Assembly: GCA_934130215.1 (NCBI GenBank)
Contig: CAKOXR010000001.1
Location: 1-57,793, forward strand
Direction: 5' to 3'
DNA from: an uncultured Bacilli bacterium
Lineage (GTDB): Bacteria; Bacillota_I; Bacilli_A; RF39; UBA660
Length of the DNA: 57,793 nt
A model generated the notes under the pieces. The model saw only the letters and a program-made list of their open reading frames with translations, did not search any database and was not told the origin of the DNA. Made by a program: the position numbers and the translations under genes. The first letter of the stretch is position 1, and every line of letters begins with the position of its first letter. Shown here piece by piece: positions 28,247 to 36,987 of this stretch.

Positions 28247-30283
28247 ATGAAAAAAGGTTTTACTTTAGTTGAGTTGATAGTGGTTATTGTTTTACTTTCA
28301 TTGATAACAGTTTTTACATTTCCTAGTATAAATAAGTTATTAATTGAAAGAAAAGAAAAATTATATAATGTTCAAGTTGAAAATATTAAATTATCTGCTC
28401 AAAATTATATAAATAAAAATCATTTATTAAGTAGTAATGATAAAGTATTTGTTACTCTTTGTCAGTTAAAACAAGCTGGTTTTACTGATGAAAATATTAA
28501 AGATCCTAGAACTGGTGTTTTATTTCCAAATGATTCAAAAGTTATTGCTTTAAAAGACAATTCAGAATATGAATTTGTTTTAGGGGAGGGTGGAAATACA
28601 ACTTGCTCTAAAAATGATAATACTTTGTTTGAGTTTATTGAGGTTGGTAGTACTTATATAGAAAGTATGAATAAGAATAAGTATAATATTACAATTTATT
28701 TAGATAATAAAGAAGTTGATAATATTGATACTAGTTGTGAAGACACTTATGTTATTAAGTATGAGGATTCTAATAAAGAGATAATTTATAAATATGTTTA
28801 TGTAATAGATACAAGTGGTCCAGATATTAGTTATGTTAATGAAATTGAGATGGTTGATGAAAATAATAATAAATTTAAAAGTCGTGAAATTGGTAAGGGT
28901 ACAATTGTTTTACTAGCAAATCAATATAATATTTTTACGGCTTATAAAGCAAAATCAATTGATAGTAACGATGGAGAAGTAGAGGTTACTTCTAAATCTA
29001 ATGTTAATTTAAAAATACCTGGTGTTTATTATATTACTTATACTAGTACTGATGAAAAAGGGAATACAACAACAAAAAATCAAAAACTTGAAGTTATTGA
29101 TAATGTAAAACCAGTAATTGATAGTATTGATGGAATTCCAAATAATAAAACTACAGGTACTATTACAGTTACTGTAAAAGCTCATGATAATGAATCAGGA
29201 TTACATCCTAGGGGTGCTTATTCGTTTGATGGTGGAAATACATGGCAAGTAAGTAATACAATTAATATTGTAGATAATAAAACTATTGATATTGTTGTTA
29301 GAGATTCTGCTTTAAATAAAATTAATAAAACTATTACAATTAATAATATTTATAAAGATGATAAAAGTTTAACTTTTAATATTGTAAATGGAACTTTAAA
29401 AAATAATGGTTGGTTTATAAATGATGTTAGGTTAGAGATTAAACCTGTTGCGAAAGAAAATTTTAAATCTTATAGTTATTGTATAGGTTCTGATTCTAGA
29501 TGTACTCCAAATAAAACTATATATTCATTAACTAGTACTTATGAAACTATTAATTATAATACAAAAGGAGTATATGTTTGTGGGTATGTTACTAAAAGTG
29601 ATTATACAAAAACAGATATAGTTTGTAGTATGAATATTAAGGTAGATAAAGAAAAACCAACATGTTATCCTTCATATAACTCTAATTATGATATAACATC
29701 AGGTGTTTCTGGAAATATTATTGTAAATGATGCAATTAGTGGACCTACAACAAGTTCAATTCCATTCTTTTTAAGAAGTAATCAAACATATAAAGTTTAT
29801 GATAATGCAGGAAATGAAAATACTTGTGAAGCAAAAGTTAGAAGTGAAACTCAATATCAAACAAGATCGTGTGCAAGATATAAAAGCTGTAAAAGTGAAA
29901 AATACTGTGGAAATGAATACTATGCTTGTAATTGTAGTGATTGTAAAATACAATTAAGATCATGTGTTGGAGGATGGAAAGGTACCAATTGCACTCGTTG
30001 GAAATGTTGTAATAAAAAATCAAAAAAAATACCGTGTTTTTATACTAGTGATCCAGGAAGGCGTACAAATTGTAATTGTGTAAAAACAGAAAAATCAGAT
30101 TGGGACGATTGCCTACATCAAAGCACTCAATGTGCATGGGGCTGTGATGAATGTAAAGGTGGAGCTCGTTCATGTGTTAATCCAACATGTGGATGTAAAA
30201 CATGGAATTATAGCGGTTGGAATAACGGAAGCTGTAATGGAAGAAGCAATTGTAGTGAAAGAACAGTTTATTATCCAGGATAA
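28247..30283 (+). CDS. Large modular type IV pilin-like protein B, paralogue of A
   Basis: The first 33 residues are identical to A and the two stay collinear throughout. By my count there are 22 Cys in the C-terminal ~140 aa. Confidence 0.75.
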   Translation: MKKGFTLVELIVVIVLLSLITVFTFPSINKLLIERKEKLYNVQVENIKLSAQNYINKNHLLSSNDKVFVTLCQLKQAGFTDENIKDPRTGVLFPNDSKVIALKDNSEYEFVLGEGGNTTCSKNDNTLFEFIEVGSTYIESMNKNKYNITIYLDNKEVDNIDTSCEDTYVIKYEDSNKEIIYKYVYVIDTSGPDISYVNEIEMVDENNNKFKSREIGKGTIVLLANQYNIFTAYKAKSIDSNDGEVEVTSKSNVNLKIPGVYYITYTSTDEKGNTTTKNQKLEVIDNVKPVIDSIDGIPNNKTTGTITVTVKAHDNESGLHPRGAYSFDGGNTWQVSNTINIVDNKTIDIVVRDSALNKINKTITINNIYKDDKSLTFNIVNGTLKNNGWFINDVRLEIKPVAKENFKSYSYCIGSDSRCTPNKTIYSLTSTYETINYNTKGVYVCGYVTKSDYTKTDIVCSMNIKVDKEKPTCYPSYNSNYDITSGVSGNIIVNDAISGPTTSSIPFFLRSNQTYKVYDNAGNENTCEAKVRSETQYQTRSCARYKSCKSEKYCGNEYYACNCSDCKIQLRSCVGGWKGTNCTRWKCCNKKSKKIPCFYTSDPGRRTNCNCVKTEKSDWDDCLHQSTQCAWGCDECKGGARSCVNPTCGCKTWNYSGWNNGSCNGRSNCSERTVYYPG

Positions 30284-30288
30284 TAATA

Positions 30289-30317
30289 TTGACAATTCAA
30301 TAAAAAAAATGTATATT
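30289..30317 (+). promoter_or_regulatory. Sigma-A type promoter of the proS leader
   Basis: TTGACA (30289-30294), 17-nt spacer, TATATT (30312-30317). Confidence 0.6.
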
Positions 30318-30329
30318 AATAAAAACGAG

Positions 30330-30506
30330 AAAAAATATTATTAATTCCCTTATATTAGTGAGCTTGAGATAGTGAAAACAAGTTATAATAATTAATAATT
30401 CCTATTTTCTTAAGTGAAATGAAAACATTTCCGGTTATAACCGTTATATTAATTAAGTAAAAAAAAGGATGGTACCGTCTTATGACTCCTTGTACTATTC
30501 TTTTTA
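30330..30506 (+). promoter_or_regulatory. T-box leader (riboswitch) controlling proS; predicted specifier CCU (Pro)
   Basis: Stem I elements GAGAT and AGTGAAAA (30366-30378). CCT followed by A at 30401-30404. T-box sequence AAGGATGGTACCG at about 30465-30477. Terminator arms are 30466-30475 and 30492-30501 (10 bp including two G-U pairs), followed by TTTT. Confidence 0.75.
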
Positions 30507-30526
30507 TTATATTTGAGGAGGAAAAA

Positions 30527-31942
30527 ATGGCAAATAAAGCAATAACAAAAAGAGATCTAGACTTTGCACAATGGTACACTGATGTTGTAAAAGCAGCAAG
30601 ATTAGCAACTTATTCATGTGTTAAAGGATGTACCATATTTGAACCAAATGGATATGCTATATGGGAAAATATTCAAAAAAATATGGATGAATTATTTAAA
30701 AAAACAGGACATAAAAATGTAGCAATGCCCTTATTTATACCTGAAAAATTATTAAACAAAGAAAGTGAACTTGTAAATGGATTCGCACCAGAAGTTGCTT
30801 GGGTAACAGAAGGTGGAAGTAAACATTTAGATGAAAGACTTTGTGTAAGACCAACAAGTGAAACATTATTTAGTGATTATTATAGTAAAGTAGTTAAATC
30901 ATATAGAGATTTACCACTTAAATATAATCAATGGTGTAGTGTTGTTAGATGGGAAAAAGAAACAAGACCTTTTTTAAGATCAAGAGAATTCTTTTGGCAA
31001 GAAGGACATACAGTTCATGCAACAAAAGAAGAAGCTGAAGATGAAACAAGAGATATGTTAAATTTATATAAATTTTTCTTTGAAAAATACTTAGCAATAC
31101 CAGTAATAACAGGAAGAAAAACAGAAAAAGAAAAATTTGCAGGTGCAGAATATACATTAACAATAGAAGCATTAATGCATAATGGAGTATGTTTACAAAG
31201 TGGAACAAGTCATTATTTTGGACAAAAATTTAGTAAAGCATATGATATTAAATTTTTAAATAAAGAAAATAAACTTGAATATTGTTATCAAACATCTTGG
31301 GGAACATCTAATAGAATGATAGGTGCCTTAATAATGGTACACGGAGATGATAATGGATTAGTTTTGCCACCATTAATAGCACCAATACAAGTTGTTATTA
31401 TAGGAATTGGCGAAGTGGATAATGAAGTAGATAAAATATATAATACACTAAATAAAGCAGGAATAAGAGTTAATATTGATGATAGTGATAAATCTCCAGG
31501 ATTTAAATTTGCAGAAGCAGAAGTAAACGGAATACCAATTAGAATTGAAATAGGTAAAAGAGATTTAGAAAATAATGAAATTACTATTGCAAGAAGAGAT
31601 ACACTTGAAAAAATTAAAGTTTCAAAAGATATAGATATAGTATTATATATAAAAGAATTATTTAATAAAATACAAGAAAATATGTATAATAAAGCATTAG
31701 ATAGAATGGAAAAAATGACTTATAAAGTAACATCTATCGAAGAAATGGAAAATGTACTTAATAAACAACCAGGTTTTATAATTGCTGATTGGTGTGGAAG
31801 TGAAGAATGTGAAACTAAAATAAAAGAAATAAAAGGTTGTAAATCAAGATGTATATTAGAAAATCATGAAAAAATAACAGGAAAATGTGTTGTTTGTTCT
31901 AAAGAAGCAAAAGAAACAGTAGTTTGGGGAATTCAATATTGA
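30527..31942 (+). CDS. proS: Prolyl-tRNA synthetase, archaeal/eukaryote-like short type with a C-terminal Zn-binding domain
   Basis: MANKAITKRDLDFAQWYTDVV N-terminus, class II motifs, and a C-terminal CGSEECE...CVVC. GGAGG RBS precedes the ATG at 30527. Confidence 0.9.
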   Translation: MANKAITKRDLDFAQWYTDVVKAARLATYSCVKGCTIFEPNGYAIWENIQKNMDELFKKTGHKNVAMPLFIPEKLLNKESELVNGFAPEVAWVTEGGSKHLDERLCVRPTSETLFSDYYSKVVKSYRDLPLKYNQWCSVVRWEKETRPFLRSREFFWQEGHTVHATKEEAEDETRDMLNLYKFFFEKYLAIPVITGRKTEKEKFAGAEYTLTIEALMHNGVCLQSGTSHYFGQKFSKAYDIKFLNKENKLEYCYQTSWGTSNRMIGALIMVHGDDNGLVLPPLIAPIQVVIIGIGEVDNEVDKIYNTLNKAGIRVNIDDSDKSPGFKFAEAEVNGIPIRIEIGKRDLENNEITIARRDTLEKIKVSKDIDIVLYIKELFNKIQENMYNKALDRMEKMTYKVTSIEEMENVLNKQPGFIIADWCGSEECETKIKEIKGCKSRCILENHEKITGKCVVCSKEAKETVVWGIQY

Positions 31943-31993
31943 TTTTCCTTTACAAATAATAAAATGTATGTATAATATGTACTGGGTGAATAT

Positions 31994-32953
31994 ATGAATA
32001 ATTTTATAAATCTAAATGGTAATGACCAAATATCTAGTATGGATAGTAATGATTTGGATGAATTTTTAAAATTACTAAATAATTATGAATTAATACTAAG
32101 AGAAAAATTGGACTTCGATAATAATATTACATTTGGTATGGAAATAGAATGTGAAAGAGTAGATATTAAATTAATCGAAGAACATTTAAATAAAATAAAA
32201 TTTGTTAAAAAATGGTTAATTGAACCAGATGAATCATTAAAACAAACAGATGGTTTAGAATTTATAAGTCCTATATACAAAAATGAAAAATATGTTTATC
32301 AAGAATTAAGACAAGTTTGTAATATATTAAAAAGGTTTTCGTATATTGGTAAAAGAGCAGGGGGACATATACATATTGGTGCTCATTTAATTGAAAATGA
32401 AAACAATTTGTATAATTTAATCAATTTTTGGTTATTATATGAACATATAATATTTAGATTTACAAATGGGGAATTTTTATATTCAAGACCTAATATTTAT
32501 TCATTTGCAATACCTTTAAGAGAAGAAATGGGGTTACTTCCAATTGAATGTAATAAAGATTTAAATGAATTAAAATGTAGATTTATAGATACTTGTATAA
32601 GATTATATAATATTAAAAATTTAAAAAAACAAAAATTAAAAAATACTATAGAATTTAGATGTCCAAATGGAACACTTGATTCTGTTATATGGCAAAATAA
32701 TTTAAATTTTTTTGTTAAATTTATAGAATATTCAAAAAACACCGAAATGGATCATGATGAAATATGCAAACTTTTATATTCTGCTTCATTAGTTGAACCA
32801 AATAATTATTATAAAATATATTTAAAAGAAGCTATTTATTTATGTGATCAAATATTTGATAAAAATATTGATAAAATCTATTTTTTAAAACAATATTTAA
32901 AAAATTTTGAAGTAAGTACATTATATATTAGAAGTAAAAAGTTTACAAAATAA
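31994..32953 (+). CDS. Amidoligase_2-like (glutamine synthetase-fold) enzyme
   Basis: Motifs FGMEIECE, EPDESLKQTDGLEFISP, AGGHIHIGAH and TIEFRCPNGTLD fit the putative amidoligase family pattern. Confidence 0.6.
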   Translation: MNNFINLNGNDQISSMDSNDLDEFLKLLNNYELILREKLDFDNNITFGMEIECERVDIKLIEEHLNKIKFVKKWLIEPDESLKQTDGLEFISPIYKNEKYVYQELRQVCNILKRFSYIGKRAGGHIHIGAHLIENENNLYNLINFWLLYEHIIFRFTNGEFLYSRPNIYSFAIPLREEMGLLPIECNKDLNELKCRFIDTCIRLYNIKNLKKQKLKNTIEFRCPNGTLDSVIWQNNLNFFVKFIEYSKNTEMDHDEICKLLYSASLVEPNNYYKIYLKEAIYLCDQIFDKNIDKIYFLKQYLKNFEVSTLYIRSKKFTK

Positions 32954-32982
32954 TTGACAGATTATAAATAATTTGCTATTAT
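32954..32982 (+). promoter_or_regulatory. Sigma-A type promoter of the gltX leader
   Basis: TTGACA (32954-32959), 17-nt spacer, TATTAT (32977-32982), with an extended -10 TG at 32974-32975. Confidence 0.65.
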
Positions 32983-32989
32983 CTTTGTA

Positions 32990-33190
32990 GAACCAAGAAA
33001 AAGAAGAGTAAAATAATTTATATTTTAAAGAGAGTTTATATAATGGTGAAAATAAATAAATATAATTATTTGAAGAACCTTTGGAGTTAAATACTGTATA
33101 TAAGGTATTTCGCATAATATGCGTTAAAATAAAGAGATAAATTAAGGTGGTACCACGGTTTTTCGTCCTTAGAAATTCGTGGTTTTTATT
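32990..33190 (+). promoter_or_regulatory. T-box leader (riboswitch) controlling gltX; predicted specifier GAA (Glu)
   Basis: AGAGAG (33029-33034), GGTGAAA (33045-33051), GAA followed by G at 33072-33075, and T-box sequence AAGGTGGTACCACG (33144-33157). Terminator is ACCACG (33152-33157) with CGTGGT (33178-33183), followed by TTTTTATT. Confidence 0.85.
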
Positions 33191-33207
33191 ATGAAAGAGA
33201 GGAAAAA

Positions 33208-34851
33208 ATGACAAGAAAAGATTTAGCAAATTTAATATTTCCTAATATTAAATTAACAGTAGAGGATTATGAAAAAATGTATCCTGAAAGAAATTTAGAA
33301 AAAAATGCTATTGTTTCAAGATATGCTCCAAGTCCTACAGGATTTATACATATTGGAGCATTATTATCAAGTTTTACAGATAGTGTTTTTGCAAAACAAA
33401 CAAATGGTGTTTTTTATCTTAGAATCGAGGATACTGATACAAAAAGAACTGTTTTAAATGGTATTGAAACTATAATTGATGGATTAAAAGAATTTAATGT
33501 AACTTTTGATGAAGGACCAAATAGTGATAATACAAGTTATGGAGCTTATGGGCCTTATATTCAAAGTCAAAGAAAAGAAATATATCAATCTTTTATTAAA
33601 TATTTGATTGAAAATGATAAAGCTTATCCTTGTTTTTGTTCTAGTGAAGAAATTGATAAAATAAGAGAAGATCAAGAATCTTGTAAAGCTAGAATTGGTT
33701 ATTATGGAGAATGGGCACATTGTCGTAATTTAAGTATAGATGAAGCATATGAAAAAATAAAAAATGGTGAATCTTATATTATTAGATTTAAAAGTTATGG
33801 TGATTTTAATAAAAAAATTGTTTGTCATGATGAAATAAGAGGAGATATTCTTTTTCCTGAAAATGATATTGATATAGTTATAATGAAAAGTGATGGTTTA
33901 CCAACTTATCATTTTGCTCATTTAGTAGATGATCATTTAATGAGAACAACACATGTTATTAGAGGAGATGAGTGGTTAAGTAGTTTACCACTTCATGTTC
34001 AATTATTTGAAGCTTTTAATTTTGAACCTTTAAAATATTGTCATATTGCACCTTTATGTAAGGTTGATGAAGAAACTGGTAATGTTAGAAAGGTTAGTAA
34101 AAGAAAAGATCCTGAATTTGCAATGAGTTATTATCATAAAGAAGGAATTCCATCAGAAGCTGTTAGGTTATATTTAGCTAATATTACAAGTAGTAGTTTT
34201 GAATCATGGTATTTAGCTAATCCAACTCTTGATATAAAAGATTTTAAATTTGAGTTTAAAAAGATGAATAAAAGTGGTGCTTTATTTGATGTTAACAAAT
34301 TAATGAATATAAGTAAAATGTATATTAGTCATTTAAAAGCTGATGATTTATATAATAGGGTTAGTAAATATTTATATGAGTATAACAAAGATTTTTATGA
34401 TGAATTTACTAAAGATAGTAATTATTCAATTAGTATATTAAATATTGAAAGAGAAATAAAAAAGCCTCGTAAAGATATTGGTAAATATAGTGATGTTTTT
34501 AATGAAATTAATTATATGTATGATAAATATTTTAATCCAAATTATGAGAATAAAGAGTTAGATTCTAATATGTATTTAGAATATATAAAGAATATATTTA
34601 ATGAAAATGATGATAAAAATACATGGTTTAATAATTTATCTTTATTTGCTAGTAAATATAATTATGGTTCTATGAAAGAATATAAAGAAAATCCAGATAA
34701 TTATAAAGGTCATATTGGTGACTTTTGTGAAGGATTACGATATATTATTTCTGGTCGAACTCAAACACCTGATTTATATGAAATAACAAAAATTCTTAAA
34801 AAAAATAGATTAATTGATAGAATTAATAATTATAAAAAAATAGTTGAGTAA
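33208..34851 (+). CDS. gltX: Glutamyl-tRNA synthetase (long form)
   Basis: RYAPSPTGFIHIG (HIGH region), KVSKRK (KMSKS region), and a Glu-specifier T-box upstream. Confidence 0.85.
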   Translation: MTRKDLANLIFPNIKLTVEDYEKMYPERNLEKNAIVSRYAPSPTGFIHIGALLSSFTDSVFAKQTNGVFYLRIEDTDTKRTVLNGIETIIDGLKEFNVTFDEGPNSDNTSYGAYGPYIQSQRKEIYQSFIKYLIENDKAYPCFCSSEEIDKIREDQESCKARIGYYGEWAHCRNLSIDEAYEKIKNGESYIIRFKSYGDFNKKIVCHDEIRGDILFPENDIDIVIMKSDGLPTYHFAHLVDDHLMRTTHVIRGDEWLSSLPLHVQLFEAFNFEPLKYCHIAPLCKVDEETGNVRKVSKRKDPEFAMSYYHKEGIPSEAVRLYLANITSSSFESWYLANPTLDIKDFKFEFKKMNKSGALFDVNKLMNISKMYISHLKADDLYNRVSKYLYEYNKDFYDEFTKDSNYSISILNIEREIKKPRKDIGKYSDVFNEINYMYDKYFNPNYENKELDSNMYLEYIKNIFNENDDKNTWFNNLSLFASKYNYGSMKEYKENPDNYKGHIGDFCEGLRYIISGRTQTPDLYEITKILKKNRLIDRINNYKKIVE

Positions 34852-35574
34852 TCAACTATTTTTTGTTTTATTTAGTAAATATCCTAATAGAAATCCTCCT
34901 ATAATATTACCTAGTGTTACAAAAAATAAATTATTTAAAATTCCAATTAATGATATTTGGTTATAGTTTGTAAAAAGTGCTGATAATAAATAATACATAT
35001 TTGCTATACTGTGTTCAAAACTAAGTAAAACAAATGCAAAAACTGGAAAAATACAACATAAAACTTTTTCAACAAGAGTTTTAGAAATACTGGCTTGATA
35101 AACTGCGGTACAAACTAAAATGTTGCACAAAATTCCAAGTGCAATAGCATTAATAATGCTTAAATTAATTTTAGATAATCCAATTTTTAATATGGAACTT
35201 GCAAATAAATCAAAATGATTAGTTAAACTAACTAAAATAACTGTTCCAATTGCACCAACTAAGTTTCCTAAATAAGAAGTAATAAGTAATTTTAAACTAG
35301 ATTTTAATTTTATTTTTTTGTTGATCAAAGGTATAATAATAAGACAATTACCAGTAAAAAGTTCGGTTTTAAATAAAACGACTAAAATTAATCCAATTGG
35401 AAATACTAAAGCACTTAATAATTTAGAAATAGAATAGTTAGTAATACTAGAACTTACAACAATTGATAACATTGATGCAATTGCAATAAAGAATCCTGCC
35501 ATAATTCCTTTTATAAAAATAGTATTAATATTTTGATTAACTTTTTTAATCATATTTTCTTCAAAATCATTCAT
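34852..35574 (-). CDS. Formate/nitrite transporter (FNT) family channel
   Basis: Six-TM protein with ELFTGN and SFEHSIANMY motifs. Confidence 0.85.
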   Translation of the reverse strand: MNDFEENMIKKVNQNINTIFIKGIMAGFFIAIASMLSIVVSSSITNYSISKLLSALVFPIGLILVVLFKTELFTGNCLIIIPLINKKIKLKSSLKLLITSYLGNLVGAIGTVILVSLTNHFDLFASSILKIGLSKINLSIINAIALGILCNILVCTAVYQASISKTLVEKVLCCIFPVFAFVLLSFEHSIANMYYLLSALFTNYNQISLIGILNNLFFVTLGNIIGGFLLGYLLNKTKNS

Positions 35575-35661
35575 AATAACCTCCTATAATCATTTTATCA
35601 TAGAAAGAAAAAAATAAAAATAAATTATAATTAATTATTTCTTTTTCATAATTTTTTATAG

Positions 35662-35696
35662 AAAAAGAGATTTTTTTATAAAAATTTGATATAATT
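35662..35696 (+). repeat. Direct repeat copy 1 (35 nt, identical to 36988-37022); contains an extended -10 promoter
   Basis: AAAAAGAGATTTTTTTATAAAAATTTGATATAATT. TGaTATAAT lies at 35687-35695. Confidence 0.9.
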
Positions 35697-35735
35697 ATGT
35701 ATGAAAAATTAGTTGTTATTAAAAGGAGAAATATT

Positions 35736-35993
35736 ATGGAAAAAAAAGATCCATTTAAAACTGATAAACCACTTTATGATTATACTATAGAATATGATTA
35801 TTCTCATTTGCCAGAAAATTTAAAAGAAATCATACATGAATTAGAAAAATTCGATAAAGAAGGAGATTGGTTTAGCTATGATATGAAGTTTCCTGAACTT
35901 GATATAGATGCAAAATCTTATTGGCGTATTGGTAAAATTACTGAATATGATTATAAAACATTACTTAAAAAATACGGAGGAATATATGATTAA
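35736..35993 (+). CDS. Small acidic protein of unknown function, upstream partner of the HipA-like kinase
   Basis: AAGGAG RBS then ATG at 35736; 85 aa. Its last 8 nt overlap the start of the kinase gene. Confidence 0.55.
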   Translation: MEKKDPFKTDKPLYDYTIEYDYSHLPENLKEIIHELEKFDKEGDWFSYDMKFPELDIDAKSYWRIGKITEYDYKTLLKKYGGIYD

Positions 35994-36927
35994 AATAGAA
36001 AATTTTGATTTATTAAAACCAAGTGGAATTAGTTATGGAGGACATGGTGGAAGTAAAAGAGGAATCATTATAAATAATGAAAAATGGTTTTTAAAATATC
36101 CAAAATCAACTAAAAGTATGGAAGTTGAAGGATTATCTTACTCGACAACACCGTTATCAGAATATCTTGGATCACATATATATGAATCAATTGGTCTTGA
36201 AACCCATAAAACTAAATTAGGAATTGCAAATAATAAAATAGTAGTAGCTTGTAAAGATTTTTTAGATAGTAATGAAATAATAATTGATTATAATATGATA
36301 AAAAATGAATATGATGAAAATGTAGAAAGAGCAATAGAGAATTTATCATCAAGTTCAACACTTAACTCAAATCATAATCTTGAAGAAATATTAGTTATTA
36401 TGGAAGAAAATAAGTATTTTAAATCTATTCCTGAACTAAAAGAAAGATTTTGGGACATGTTTATCATAGATGCATTTATCGGAAATAATGATAGAAACGA
36501 AGGAAACTGGGGATTAATTTTGAATAAAAAAACTAATAAATTGAGTTTATCACCCATATTCGATAATGGTGCTGCTTTCTATAACAAGTCAAGTGATGAT
36601 AAATTGTCATCAATTTATGATGATGATTTTAAATTTAAACAATCAGTTTATGAAAGTGCTATTTCAATTTATACATTAAATAATAAAAAAATTAATCCAT
36701 TAAAATATATTGAAAGCATGATTAATGAAGAATGCAATAAAGCTATATTAAGAATTGTACCTAAAATTGATATGCAAAAAATAGAGAATATATTTAATGA
36801 TTTACCATCAAAATATGAAAATTTATTAGTAATAAGTGAAATTCAGAAGAAATACTATCTAAAATCACTTAAATATAAATATGATAACATATTAATGCCA
36901 GTATATAATAAATTATTAAGTAGATAA
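35986..36927 (+). CDS. HipA_C-like serine/threonine kinase-fold protein
   Basis: GGAGG RBS then ATG at 35986. GGHGGSKRG is a P-loop-like motif. FIGNNDRNEGNWGLI is the catalytic-loop equivalent. SPIFDNGAAF is a DxG-like motif. Confidence 0.6.
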   Translation: MIKIENFDLLKPSGISYGGHGGSKRGIIINNEKWFLKYPKSTKSMEVEGLSYSTTPLSEYLGSHIYESIGLETHKTKLGIANNKIVVACKDFLDSNEIIIDYNMIKNEYDENVERAIENLSSSSTLNSNHNLEEILVIMEENKYFKSIPELKERFWDMFIIDAFIGNNDRNEGNWGLILNKKTNKLSLSPIFDNGAAFYNKSSDDKLSSIYDDDFKFKQSVYESAISIYTLNNKKINPLKYIESMINEECNKAILRIVPKIDMQKIENIFNDLPSKYENLLVISEIQKKYYLKSLKYKYDNILMPVYNKLLSR

Positions 36928-36952
36928 AAGTCATTTAAGAATGACTTTTTTT
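36927..36952 (+). terminator. Rho-independent terminator after the HipA-like gene
   Basis: AAAGTCATT, loop TAAG, AATGACTTT, followed by TTTT. Confidence 0.7.
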
Positions 36953-36987
36953 AATACCAAAAACTATTTTTCATTAATATTTGAGTA

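Noticed and set aside
25814-30283. The two pilin-like genes as an assembly duplication artefact or a very recent duplication
   Set aside because: Apart from the first ~100 nt and a few patches, the copies differ at a large fraction of positions, including many non-synonymous changes and small indels. Only copy A is followed by the small ORF. This is an old paralogous pair, not a collapsed or expanded repeat.
27318-30344. Short ORFs overlapping the Cys-rich ends of the pilin-like genes (27318-27524 minus, 29771-29953 minus, 29838-30023 minus, 30132-30344 plus)
   Set aside because: They are shadow frames of the TGT/TGC/GGN-rich coding region. The main frame is conserved between the two paralogues, whereas these frames are not.
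30355-30579. Minus-strand 74-aa ORF, and likewise the 102-aa ORF at 32921-33229
   Set aside because: Both lie over the T-box leader RNAs of proS and gltX, which explain the sequence far better (promoter, specifier, T-box sequence and terminator are all present on the plus strand).
35908-35985. ORF-track start of the HipA-like gene at 35908, and similar long N-terminal extensions at 1090, 3050, 3747, 17687, 21863, 25799, 46866, 49036, 50667, 52851 and 56929
   Set aside because: In each case an internal ATG (or GTG for rsmE) has a proper Shine-Dalgarno sequence and yields the canonical family N-terminus. The extensions overlap upstream genes or promoters.
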